This document shows positions 31,321 through 40,921 of a stretch of DNA of 54,153 nt, piece by piece (position 1 is the first letter of the stretch; each line of letters opens with the position of its first letter). Made by a program: the position numbers and the translations under genes. The stretch spans positions 1 to 54,153 of the forward strand of contig CAXFOQ010000004.1 of the NCBI GenBank assembly GCA_964004705.1. The letters are read 5' to 3'. The DNA comes from an uncultured Flavobacteriales bacterium. GTDB taxonomy: Bacteria; Bacteroidota; Bacteroidia; Flavobacteriales; UBA7312. The notes under the pieces were generated by a model. That model saw only the letters and a list, made by a program, of their open reading frames with translations. It did no database searches and was not told the origin of the DNA.

Positions 31321-31809
31321 ATGGCTACAGTTAATAAAAATTTATCCAATTACGATTTCAGCTTAGTTCCCTCTGCTAGAGAAATGAAGTTTGGTGTTGT
31401 AGTTGCCGAATGGAACAAAAATATTACAGAAAGATTATTCAAAGGGGCTATGGATGGTTTATTAAACTGCGGTTGCGAGGAAAGTAATATTATCAGAAAA
31501 AATGTACCGGGTAGCTTTGAAATTCCATTAGCAGCTCAATTCTTTTTCGAATCAACAGATGTAGACGCCGTCATTTGTTTAGGAAGTGTTGTTCAAGGGG
31601 AAACTAAGCACTTTGATTATGTATGTAAGACTACAGCTTTAGGTATAAAAGATGTATCCCTTAAGTATAATAAACCTGTAATTTTTGGTGTACTTACTGA
31701 TAACACTATAAAACAAGCTATTGACCGCTCTGGTGGAAAGTATGGAAATAAAGGCACTGAAGCCGCTATAAGTGCTGTCAAGATGGTCAATTTATCATCT
31801 CAGTTTTAA
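31321..31809 (+). CDS. ribH: Lumazine synthase, copy 2
   Basis: AEWNKNIT, VPGSFEI, LGSVVQGETKHFDY and GNKGTEAA motifs. Confidence 0.97.
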   Translation: MATVNKNLSNYDFSLVPSAREMKFGVVVAEWNKNITERLFKGAMDGLLNCGCEESNIIRKNVPGSFEIPLAAQFFFESTDVDAVICLGSVVQGETKHFDYVCKTTALGIKDVSLKYNKPVIFGVLTDNTIKQAIDRSGGKYGNKGTEAAISAVKMVNLSSQF

Positions 31810-31884
31810 CTTTCTTTTTTTTCTAATATTGTGCTTATAACTTAAGCCAGAATTAAATACTTTTTCGAAATTGCTTAATTTAAT

Positions 31885-32148
31885 TTGCTCTTATTGCTAT
31901 CTACTCTCTTTTTTGGATACAACACAATTTTTATTTTAAATTCAAGCAATAAATTATATAGTACTTGGGTAGTCAATGGATATACTCAATTAGGATTTAC
32001 ACCCTCAATAAGTATTTCAGATATTAATACCAACCTTACTACCCCAAATTTTGATGTGGTATTTGTTGATGAAAATTATTCCTATGTAGATTCATTGAAT
32101 GATTACATAGTTTACCTTTCCACTGAAAATGGACGGCAAATAGTTTGA
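31885..32148 (+). pseudogene. Short hypothetical ORF or degraded exported-protein remnant
   Basis: TTG start just after an in-frame stop, a hydrophobic N-terminus without a basic n-region, and a KLYSTWVVNGY segment reminiscent of lipocalin-like lipoproteins. Confidence 0.3.
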
Positions 32149-32224
32149 AATTGCATTTAAACCTATAAACTTCTATTCAACAGAAAATCTACTATAAGAA
32201 CGTTTATAGTAATTGGTGAAAAAT

Positions 32225-32253
32225 AAAAAAGGCCCGATAAATCAGACCTTTTT
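32225..32253 (-). terminator. Intrinsic terminator downstream of tRNA-Ser
   Basis: Minus strand reads AAAAAGGTCTGAT-TT-ATCGGGCCTTTTTT, a stem with G-U pairs plus a U tract. Confidence 0.75.
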
Positions 32254-32254
32254 G

Positions 32255-32339
32255 CGGAGAGAGAGGGATTCGAACCCCCGGTACATTGCTGTACAATGGT
32301 TTTCAAGACCACCGCATTCGACCACTCTGCCATCTCTCC
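32255..32339 (-). tRNA. tRNA-Ser(TGA)
   Basis: Reverse complement reads GGAGAGA...GTGGT-CT-TGA-AA-ACCAT, long variable arm (GTACA-GCAA-TGTAC), GGGGG-TTCGAAT-CCCTC, TCTCTCC-G. TACTTTTG box at 32349-32356. Confidence 0.97.
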
Positions 32340-32447
32340 TGCGGAGGGCAAAAGTAAAATATTTTTAGTTTTATTTCACATATTGTAAAAAAAAATCAAT
32401 AAAATTTTTAGAATTAATTATCGATATTAATTTTTTAACTTAGCATT

Positions 32448-33851
32448 ATGAAGAATCATCTATTTACTAAGAGTATTTTCACTTGCTTTTATCTCTTATT
32501 TTTTCAGACATTTTCTTACGCTCAACAATTAGATGCAAGGTTTGATATTGCTCACTTTCAATCCGAAAATAAACCCTATATTGAAACTTATTTATCTGTA
32601 AATGGAAATGGAGTAAGCTATTTAAGCAAGGCAAATGGCACTTTCCAAGCCGAACTTGCTGTTGTTATTGAATTCCTTCAAAATGATAATGTAATAAAAG
32701 TAGACAAGTATAATTTATCTAGCCCAGAAATAAAAGATACTTCCAAAGTCGATTTTGTTTTTTTAGATCAACAACGCTATCAACTTTCAGAGGGAAATTA
32801 TACTATTAGATTAAATATAACAGATAATAACAAAACTGATGAAAAAATTAAGTATGAACAAGCCATTACAATAAAATCAATAATTAATGGTTTTTCTGAT
32901 ATTCAATTAGTAGAATCATATAGCCAAACAAAAGATAAAAATATACTTAGTAAAGGCGGTTATGATTTAGTACCTTTTATTTCAAATCTTTACAATACTA
33001 GTAATAAAAAATTAAGCTGCTATTTTGAGTATTATTCTGAAACTGATGAAGAAATACTAATTCAAAGCAGTATTGTTTCGAAATCAACTTATAAAATAGT
33101 TGATGAGCTAATCAAAAGAAAAAAATGTAAATCTGTATTTGATGCTAGTTTGATTACTTTTTCTATCAAAGACTTAATAAGTGGTACATATGTTTTAAAA
33201 ATTGAGGCAATAAATAGAAATAATGAAGTTATACATACTCAAAAACGGCAATTTTACAAGATTAATAAAGACCTAAAAAACGAAATTATTTTTGATGATA
33301 CTTTTACATCATTATTAAACAATAAAGATACCCTTAAACAATATATCGAGTATTTACACCCATTACAATCACCAACAGAATATATTCGAGCTAAAAACTT
33401 AGATTATGAGAATATAGAAATTCTAAAAAATTATTTTTATAGTTTTTGGTATGATCGAGATCCATTCGACACAGAACAGAGTTGGAAAAATTATTTTTAT
33501 TTAGTAAAACTCGTCAACAAAGAATTTGGAAATGGAATAGTTGATGGGTTCTTATCTGATAGAGGAAGAATATACTTAAGATATGGTTCTCCAAATTCTA
33601 GATCACAAGAAATTATGCCTAAGGGGTTTCAACCATTTGAAGTTTGGCACTACTATTCCATTGGTAATGAAAGGGATATTAAGTTCATATTTTCTAACGA
33701 TAAAATGCCTAATGAGTATCGCTTAGTTTACACTAATAAATTCGGTGAAATCAATGATAAAGACTGGCTAAATCGATTCGAAGAAAATTATTATGATGAT
33801 TTCGATGAAGGAAAAAAATCTCCTATTGATTATTACAATAACCCTAACTAA
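32448..33851 (+). CDS. Exported GWxTD-domain-containing protein
   Basis: Signal peptide and C-terminal FYSFWYDRDP...VNKEF...GFLSDRGRIYLRYGSP...FEVWHY pattern. Confidence 0.8.
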   Translation: MKNHLFTKSIFTCFYLLFFQTFSYAQQLDARFDIAHFQSENKPYIETYLSVNGNGVSYLSKANGTFQAELAVVIEFLQNDNVIKVDKYNLSSPEIKDTSKVDFVFLDQQRYQLSEGNYTIRLNITDNNKTDEKIKYEQAITIKSIINGFSDIQLVESYSQTKDKNILSKGGYDLVPFISNLYNTSNKKLSCYFEYYSETDEEILIQSSIVSKSTYKIVDELIKRKKCKSVFDASLITFSIKDLISGTYVLKIEAINRNNEVIHTQKRQFYKINKDLKNEIIFDDTFTSLLNNKDTLKQYIEYLHPLQSPTEYIRAKNLDYENIEILKNYFYSFWYDRDPFDTEQSWKNYFYLVKLVNKEFGNGIVDGFLSDRGRIYLRYGSPNSRSQEIMPKGFQPFEVWHYYSIGNERDIKFIFSNDKMPNEYRLVYTNKFGEINDKDWLNRFEENYYDDFDEGKKSPIDYYNNPN

Positions 33852-33857
33852 CAACAC

Positions 33858-34712
33858 TTGAATAGCTTTTTATTGATTTTGCTAAAATTTTATGCTCGAC
33901 TTCCAATGGGTTTAATTTATATTTTAGGTTTCAAATTTACCATTCTTCTAAAACTATTTTCTTACAGAAAAAAAGTAATTGATAATAACCTTAAAAATGC
34001 TTTTCCAGACAAAGACAAGTCTTACTTAAGAAATATAAAACATCAATTTTACTTATATTTTGGCCAACTATTAGCAGAATCCGTAAAGCTATTTCATTGT
34101 TCTTCAGATACGATTAGAAAAAGACATAAATTTGTTAATGACTCTCAGGTAAATGCTTTTTTAAAACAAAATAAAGATGTCCTTATAGTTTTGGGTCATT
34201 ATGGAAATTGGGAATGGGCTCTTCTAGCCTCCTCATTAAATTTTGATGCCGAAATGGTAGGTATTTATAAACCACTTTCTTCTACATTTTGGAATAAGCA
34301 AGTTTTAAAAATACGCTCTCAATTTGGTGCAACCTTACTAAGTATGAAAGAAAGTGTTCGCCACCTCTTAAAAAAAGGAAAAAAAGCTAGAATAATTGGT
34401 GTTTTGTCAGACCAAACTCCTTCTACTGATGAATTGAATCATTGGATTAATTTTTTAAATCAAAAAACTCCTGTATTTTTGGGTACTGAGAAGTTGGCAA
34501 AAAAGATGGATTGCCCTGTATTTTTTGCACACATAAAGCCTTTGAGTCGTGCTAAATATGAAATAAATTTTGAACTCATAACTGACACGCCAAATCAATG
34601 CCAAGAAGGAGAAATTACTCGCTTACATTCCCAGATTTTAGAACATAATATTAATAGAAATCCAGCCTATTGGCTGTGGTCACATAGAAGATGGAAACAC
34701 CAACAAAAGTAG
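33858..34712 (+). CDS. Lipid A biosynthesis acyltransferase (LpxL/HtrB family)
   Basis: GHYGNWE, SDQTP, FLGTEKLA and PAYWLWSHRRWK motifs. Confidence 0.92.
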   Translation: MNSFLLILLKFYARLPMGLIYILGFKFTILLKLFSYRKKVIDNNLKNAFPDKDKSYLRNIKHQFYLYFGQLLAESVKLFHCSSDTIRKRHKFVNDSQVNAFLKQNKDVLIVLGHYGNWEWALLASSLNFDAEMVGIYKPLSSTFWNKQVLKIRSQFGATLLSMKESVRHLLKKGKKARIIGVLSDQTPSTDELNHWINFLNQKTPVFLGTEKLAKKMDCPVFFAHIKPLSRAKYEINFELITDTPNQCQEGEITRLHSQILEHNINRNPAYWLWSHRRWKHQQK

Positions 34713-35704
34713 CAGTAGTAATTCTTAACTACAATGGTATTCATTGGCTTAAAAAGTTTTTGGGAAATGTAGTGGAAAAAACTTCTAATGCCGAGGTGAT
34801 TATTACCGATAATGCATCAACAGATGATTCTGTTAATTACATAACTAACAATTTTCCTAGCGTAAAACTTATTCTAAACAAAACTAATGAAGGTTATGCT
34901 GGTGGCTATAACAAAGCGTTACAACAGATAAGCGCTGAGTATTTTATTTTACTTAATTCCGATGTAGAGGTTACTAAAAATTGGATTACACCAATCATCG
35001 AATTAATGGATAGTGACAAGAGTATAGCTGCTTGTCAACCTAAAATAAAGAAATACGACGATAAAAAAAGTTTTGAATACGCAGGTGCAAGTGGTGGTTT
35101 TTTAGATAAGTATGGCTATCCATTTTGTAGAGGTAGAGTCTTTGAAACTTTAGAAGAAGACAAGGGACAATATGAAGATACTTCTGAAGTATTTTGGGCT
35201 AGTGGGGCTTGTCTTTTTTTACGTTCTGAAGCTTTTTATGAAGTTGGTGGTTTTGATTGGGACTTCTTTGCTCACATGGAAGAAATTGACCTATGTTGGA
35301 AACTTAAAAATAAAGGTTATAAAATTATGTGCGAGCCTAAATCATCTGTTTTTCATGTTGGAGGAGGGACTTTAAGTAGTGGAAGCACTTTTAAAACCTA
35401 TCTGAACTATAGGAATAACCTATTAATGTTATATAAGAATCTTAATCCTAAAAAGCGTTTCAGCACTTTATTCAAACGTATGCTTTTGGATGGATTATCT
35501 GCTATAAAATTCATTTTGAATGGCAAACCTAAGCATGTGTTTTATATTTTGAAAGCACACCTTAAGTTCTACACTTTACTTAGTGCATTTAAAAAGAAAA
35601 GACCACAAAGCTATCAAGCTAAATTATTTCCAAAAAGCGTAGTCTATTTATATTTTATAAAGCGTCTAAAAACTTACAATCAGCTCAATAAAGATTTTAA
35701 CTGA
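34691..35704 (+). CDS. GT2 family glycosyltransferase
   Basis: VVILNYNG, DNASTD, LLNSDV, WASGAC and FFAHMEEIDLCW motifs. Confidence 0.92.
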   Translation: METPTKVAVVILNYNGIHWLKKFLGNVVEKTSNAEVIITDNASTDDSVNYITNNFPSVKLILNKTNEGYAGGYNKALQQISAEYFILLNSDVEVTKNWITPIIELMDSDKSIAACQPKIKKYDDKKSFEYAGASGGFLDKYGYPFCRGRVFETLEEDKGQYEDTSEVFWASGACLFLRSEAFYEVGGFDWDFFAHMEEIDLCWKLKNKGYKIMCEPKSSVFHVGGGTLSSGSTFKTYLNYRNNLLMLYKNLNPKKRFSTLFKRMLLDGLSAIKFILNGKPKHVFYILKAHLKFYTLLSAFKKKRPQSYQAKLFPKSVVYLYFIKRLKTYNQLNKDFN

Positions 35705-36810
35705 TTTACAGTATAATCTATCTCTACAATCGTATTGTATTTACTAAATGAAAAACGCAATGAAGGACGACTCATATCACTACCGATAGCTCTTAGTACA
35801 TGAGAACCTAAATTACTACCTGAGGAACAGGCACTACCACTAGAAGATGCTATGCCCATAATGTCTAAATTGTAGAATAACATTTCGCCAATTTCAGTTT
35901 GGGGAAAAAGAACGTTTAAAACTGTGTACAATGAATTTTCTAAGCTTTCACTCTCGCCATTGAACTCTACTCCGGGAATAGCATCTTTCAAGCCTTTTAT
36001 CATATGTTTTTTTATCATCTCTATATGTGCTCTATGTTCATCTAAATCACGATATGAAACGTCCATAGCCTTTGATAATCCAGCGATACCATAAACATTC
36101 TCTGTTCCAGCACGCATATTCCTCTCTTGACCACCTCCTGAAATAAAAGGTTTTATTGTGATATCGGCATTGATATATAAAAAACCGTTGCCTTTAGGCC
36201 CATGAAATTTATGCGCTGCACCTGTCAAGAAATGTATTGGTAATTCTTGTAAATCAAAGGTGTAATGCGCCATAGTTTGAACCGTATCAGAATGAAAAAT
36301 AGCATCATAAGTATGACACATTTTGCCGACAGCCATGATATCTAATATATTACCAATTTCATTATTGGCATGCATCAAGGAAACAAAACTTCGGTTGTTA
36401 GATTTTAACAATTCTTCAAGGTGGGACAAAACAACATTTCCCTTATCATCTAAATCCACATAAGATAGCTTTATCAATCCCTTTGTAGCCATATCTTCCA
36501 GAGTGTGACCTACTGCATGGTGTTCAATTCTTGAAGTAATAGCGTGATTAATTCCCAAATCTACCATACCACATCGGATAGCCATATTATCAGCCTCAGT
36601 ACCACCTGAAGTGAAAAATATTTCTCCTGGCTTACAATTCAAATGTTTAGCAACATTTTTTCTTGCTTTTTCAACTATTGAACGAGAAACTCTGCCAAAT
36701 GAATGTATAGAAGATGGATTGCCAAATCCATCTTGTAGAATAGGCATCATAACGTCTATCACTTCCTTATCAATTGGCGTTGTCGCCGCATTATCTAAAT
36801 AAACTTTCAT
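35680..36810 (-). CDS. iscS: Group I cysteine desulfurase (IscS/NifS-like)
   Basis: YLDNAATT, FTSGGTE, HKFHGPKG and SSGSACSSG motifs. 25-nt tail-to-tail overlap with the GT2 gene. Confidence 0.9.
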   Translation of the reverse strand: MKVYLDNAATTPIDKEVIDVMMPILQDGFGNPSSIHSFGRVSRSIVEKARKNVAKHLNCKPGEIFFTSGGTEADNMAIRCGMVDLGINHAITSRIEHHAVGHTLEDMATKGLIKLSYVDLDDKGNVVLSHLEELLKSNNRSFVSLMHANNEIGNILDIMAVGKMCHTYDAIFHSDTVQTMAHYTFDLQELPIHFLTGAAHKFHGPKGNGFLYINADITIKPFISGGGQERNMRAGTENVYGIAGLSKAMDVSYRDLDEHRAHIEMIKKHMIKGLKDAIPGVEFNGESESLENSLYTVLNVLFPQTEIGEMLFYNLDIMGIASSSGSACSSGSNLGSHVLRAIGSDMSRPSLRFSFSKYNTIVEIDYTVNQLKSLLS

Positions 36811-36813
36811 TGT

Positions 36814-38202
36814 CTAATTTATAGTCAATTCTTTAATTTCATTCATAAAGCGTTCAGCCAAATTATCGGCATTCTCTTGACTTCCACTTTCTGTATATAT
36901 TCTTATGATAGGCTCGGTATTAGATTTTCTTAAGTGAACCCATTCTTCAGCAAAATCTATCTTTACGCCATCTATTGTTGTAACATCTTCGTGAGCATAT
37001 TTTTTTGATATTGCTGACAAAATCATATCTACATCAATTTCTGTTGTTATTTGAATTTTATTTTTTGACATAAAGAAACTTGGATAAGTAGCCCTTAACT
37101 CCGAGCATTTCATTTTCTTTTCTGCTAATAGGGACAAAAATAGTGCAATACCTACAATTGAATCTCTACCATAATGCGAATCTGGAAAAATAATTCCTCC
37201 ATTTCCTTCACCACCAATTATAGCCTTACATTGTTTCATTTGGGTGACTACATTGACTTCACCTACTGCCGAAGAAAAATATTGACCTCCATGCTTGTGA
37301 GTGACCTCTCTCAAAGCTCTTGAAGAGGATAAATTAGAAACTGTATTTCCTTTTTCTTTGGAAAGGATATAATCAGCACATGCCACTAGAGTATATTCTT
37401 CACCAAACATACTACCATCTTCATTAACAAGAGCTAACCTATCTACATCTGGATCAACAACTATACCACAATCGGCATTTGTTTCCACTACTAGCTTAGA
37501 AATTTCTGTCAAATGTTCAGCTAAAGGCTCGGGGTTATGAGGAAAGTGTCCGTTAGGCTCACAATATAAAGGAACACAACTAACTCCTAAATTTTCTAAA
37601 AGTGCTGGAACGGCCATTCCACCAGTAGAATTTACAGCATCTACTACAATCTTAAATTTAGCAGCCTTAATAGCATCTGTATTTACCAATTTTAATTTCA
37701 ATACACTGTCAATATGTTTCTGAATATAAGTACTATCATAATGATATTTTCCTAAATCATCAACCTCAGCAAAATTATAATCATCGGCTTCTGCAATAGC
37801 TAAAACCTCAGCACCATCATAGGCATTAATGAATTCTCCTTTTTCATTCAATAATTTTAAAGCGTTCCACTGTTTAGGGTTATGACTTGCGGTTAAAATA
37901 ATTCCACCATCAGCATTTTGCATTTGAACAGCCAGCTCTACAGTAGGTGTTGTTGATAATCCTAAATCATAAACATTTATTCCTAAAGCTTGTAAAGTAC
38001 TTATTACTAATTGACGAATTATTTCTCCTGAAATCCTAGCATCTCTTCCTACAATGACATTAATAGACTTTTTTTGACATCGATTTTGTATCCAACAACC
38101 ATATGCAGCTGTAAAACGAACCGTATCAATAGGGGATAAACTCTCACCTACCTTACCGCCAATGGTTCCTCTAATACCAGAAATAGATTTGATTAAAGTC
38201 AT
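36814..38202 (-). CDS. glmM: Phosphoglucosamine mutase (alpha-D-phosphohexomutase family)
   Basis: SISGIRG, TASHNP, DPDVDR and GGEGNGG motifs. TACTTTTG box at 38223-38230. Confidence 0.88.
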   Translation of the reverse strand: MTLIKSISGIRGTIGGKVGESLSPIDTVRFTAAYGCWIQNRCQKKSINVIVGRDARISGEIIRQLVISTLQALGINVYDLGLSTTPTVELAVQMQNADGGIILTASHNPKQWNALKLLNEKGEFINAYDGAEVLAIAEADDYNFAEVDDLGKYHYDSTYIQKHIDSVLKLKLVNTDAIKAAKFKIVVDAVNSTGGMAVPALLENLGVSCVPLYCEPNGHFPHNPEPLAEHLTEISKLVVETNADCGIVVDPDVDRLALVNEDGSMFGEEYTLVACADYILSKEKGNTVSNLSSSRALREVTHKHGGQYFSSAVGEVNVVTQMKQCKAIIGGEGNGGIIFPDSHYGRDSIVGIALFLSLLAEKKMKCSELRATYPSFFMSKNKIQITTEIDVDMILSAISKKYAHEDVTTIDGVKIDFAEEWVHLRKSNTEPIIRIYTESGSQENADNLAERFMNEIKELTIN

Positions 38203-38445
38203 TTGATAATTTTTGATTAGGACAAAAGTAATATTTTAAAATATTTGAATTAGATATGTTAAAAAAACCTTCATAATTAAATCGTTTATCTTTACAAAAT
38301 AAATTTAGTATACAACAACAATACTAGAGAAAAATATGTTGAATACCTACTCTTTTTTGGCTAAAAAAGCAAGTGTTAATTTCTTTGTTCAAAAAGTTAT
38401 CTCAATAAAATTTGAATCACAAAACTTTAAACTTATATTTATAAT

Positions 38446-39843
38446 ATGTTTGAAGACGGATTGAATTCACGAGAAGAAAGCAAAATTAATCACTTAATAA
38501 ATAGGTTTAACGAAATGTTAGACTCTGATCAATATTATTACTTTGATTCTCATGACATAGAAAAAATTATTGATTTTTACCTTGAAAATCTCAACAAAGC
38601 TAAAATTAGAGATGCTTTTTTTCTTTATGAAAAATTATATCCATTTTCATCACAATTAAAAATCAAAAAAGCTCAGACATTATTATATTTTGACAAGCCT
38701 TCAGATGCATATGATGTAATCAAGGAACTACCTCCATCAAATAATGATGAATACTTATTTACACTTGCTACAATTTATAGTAAATTAAATAAAAATAAAA
38801 AGGCTATATCAATATTTGAATATTTATTAAACTCAAATAATAATGAAGAACTACTTTCTGTTTTAGCTAATGAGTATCAAAAAATTGATAATTACTCAAA
38901 ATCAGCCGATATGCTGGAGAGATTACTTATCATTAATAAACATAATGAGATAAATTGGTATTCTTACATTATTACCTGTGAAATATCAAAAAAATCAAAC
39001 CGATCATTGTCCTTTATCAAAAACTATCTAAAATCTAAACCTTACGATCATTTAGCTTGGTTTTATTTAGGAATCATATACCAAAGAATGGACAATCATT
39101 TGGATGCAATAGATGCATTTGATTACAGTATATGTATTAAGGAAAATTATATTAATGCATATACTAGCAAATCGGAGTCATTATCTGAGCTTGGATATTA
39201 CCACAAAGCTATAGATTGCTACAAGGAATCTTTTAAATATGATGAGCCAGACGCAACATCATATTTTGATATTGGTGAATTATATGAGAAAATGGACAAT
39301 CTAAATAAGGCTAAATCATACTTTTATAAAAGTATTAGAAAAGAGGAGAATTTTGCTGAAGCTTGGTGCGCCGTAGCACTTATTTTAGATTCACAAAACC
39401 AGCACGTAGAAGCCTCATATCATATTAAAAAAGCTGTAGATATTAATTCTTCAAATATTGACTTCCTAATTGCATATGCTCAAATCAATGAAAAAATAGG
39501 CCTTATTAAGGAAGCCGAAATTGCTTATAAAAAAGTTTTAGAAATTGATGATTTGGATACTGAATCATGGTTAAACTATAGCCAGTTACTACATAAAAAC
39601 GAATCTATATATAAAGCTATTGAGGTACTTCAAAAAGGTGTTAAATTGAATCCAAAAAATGCAAAATTATGCTACAGATTATCAGCATATCTCTTTCAAT
39701 CTGGAAGCGAAAATCAAGCTTTATCAATATTCGAAAAAGCACTATCCATCGACTATGATTTACATGAAGAAATTTTTCAATATTATCCTAGTATAAAAGA
39801 TAATAAAAATCTGCTAAATTTGCTGATTGAATATAAAAAATAA
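38446..39843 (+). CDS. Cytoplasmic TPR protein
   Basis: Many TPR units (AWFYLGIIY, SYFDIGELY, SWLNYSQLL). Confidence 0.85.
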   Translation: MFEDGLNSREESKINHLINRFNEMLDSDQYYYFDSHDIEKIIDFYLENLNKAKIRDAFFLYEKLYPFSSQLKIKKAQTLLYFDKPSDAYDVIKELPPSNNDEYLFTLATIYSKLNKNKKAISIFEYLLNSNNNEELLSVLANEYQKIDNYSKSADMLERLLIINKHNEINWYSYIITCEISKKSNRSLSFIKNYLKSKPYDHLAWFYLGIIYQRMDNHLDAIDAFDYSICIKENYINAYTSKSESLSELGYYHKAIDCYKESFKYDEPDATSYFDIGELYEKMDNLNKAKSYFYKSIRKEENFAEAWCAVALILDSQNQHVEASYHIKKAVDINSSNIDFLIAYAQINEKIGLIKEAEIAYKKVLEIDDLDTESWLNYSQLLHKNESIYKAIEVLQKGVKLNPKNAKLCYRLSAYLFQSGSENQALSIFEKALSIDYDLHEEIFQYYPSIKDNKNLLNLLIEYKK

Positions 39844-39850
39844 ACTACTT

Positions 39851-40612
39851 ATGAATTTCGATCTACCTTATTTGCCACAAAGAGCATCTAAACCTCGAAT
39901 AAATGGCCTTACAATGATGATGGATAAAGGCTTAAGTATTAGACAAGTAGAAAATTTTATAGAAACTGCTGGTGAACTCACTGATATGGTTAAGTTTGGT
40001 TTTGGGACATCTATTATTTCACCATTCCTAGCTGAAAAAATTAAGCTTTATCAAAATGCAAATATTGATGTTTATTTGGGAGGAACACTGTTTGAAGCCT
40101 TTATTGCTAGAGATAGATTTGAAGACTATCAAAGAATGCTTCATAAATATAATATTAATACCGTTGAAGTTTCTGACGGATCCATAGAAATATCGCATAA
40201 AGAAAAATGTAGTTATATCACGAAACTTAATAAAAACTTTAAAGTACTATCAGAGGTTGGTTCTAAAGATGCCAATAAATTAATCCCTCCTTATAAATGG
40301 ATAGAATTAATGCAAAAAGAACTTGATGCCGGTTCATGGAAAGTTATCGCTGAAGCTCGTGAAGGAGGTAATGTTGGTATTTTTAGGGGAAGTGGTGAAG
40401 TGCGTTCTGACTTAATAGAAGAAATTTTAACAAAAATTGATAATGATCAAATTATTTGGGAATCACCACAAAAAACTCAGCAAGTATGGTTTATTAAATT
40501 AATGGGACCTAATGTTAACCTTGGAAATATTGCTTATAATGAAGTTATTCCTTTAGAGTGCCTAAGACTAGGATTAAGAGGAGATACTTTCTTCGACCAC
40601 ATTCCAAAATAG
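39851..40612 (+). CDS. comA: Phosphosulfolactate synthase (ComA family)
   Basis: KPRINGLTMMMDKG, VKFGFGT, GGTLFE, EVSDG, SEVGSK, EAREGG and NVNLGNI motifs. Start placed at the ATG at 39851. Confidence 0.88.
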   Translation: MNFDLPYLPQRASKPRINGLTMMMDKGLSIRQVENFIETAGELTDMVKFGFGTSIISPFLAEKIKLYQNANIDVYLGGTLFEAFIARDRFEDYQRMLHKYNINTVEVSDGSIEISHKEKCSYITKLNKNFKVLSEVGSKDANKLIPPYKWIELMQKELDAGSWKVIAEAREGGNVGIFRGSGEVRSDLIEEILTKIDNDQIIWESPQKTQQVWFIKLMGPNVNLGNIAYNEVIPLECLRLGLRGDTFFDHIPK

Positions 40613-40622
40613 TATTAAAAAA

Positions 40623-40919
40623 ATGACAGTTCAGGAGCTCAAGCGTTTAATTGATGGAAATGAAGACATTACTATTATTGACATTAGAGAAGCTTATGAA
40701 TTTGAGGATGGTTCTATTTGTGAGTTAAACATTCCACTAGCACAATTTTTAAGTAAAATTAATGATATACCCAAGGATAAACTAGTTGTGCTATATTGTA
40801 ATAGTGGAAAAAGAAGTTGTTCATTAAAATACATGATTGAAAAACTTCACTCATTCAACAACCTTACCCATCTAGAAGGTGGTTTTCAAAAATGGCAAGA
40901 AGAGGTCGCAACGCTGTAA
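40623..40919 (+). CDS. Single-domain rhodanese-like protein
   Basis: IIDIREAYEF, active-site loop YCNSGKRS and LEGGFQKW. Confidence 0.88.
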   Translation: MTVQELKRLIDGNEDITIIDIREAYEFEDGSICELNIPLAQFLSKINDIPKDKLVVLYCNSGKRSCSLKYMIEKLHSFNNLTHLEGGFQKWQEEVATL

Positions 40920-40921
40920 TT

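Noticed and set aside
8715-31809. Recent tandem or segmental duplication as the cause of the repeated block
   Set aside because: The copies are far too diverged at protein and intergenic level, and their flanking genes differ.
13832-32339. tRNA-bounded genomic island between tRNA-Arg and tRNA-Ser or tRNA-Met
   Set aside because: I found no integrase, transposase or att-like direct repeat of a tRNA 3' end, and the content is core housekeeping genes.
32163-32351. 62-aa ORF on the minus strand
   Set aside because: It runs through tRNA-Ser(TGA) and its terminator, so it is a translation of the tRNA.
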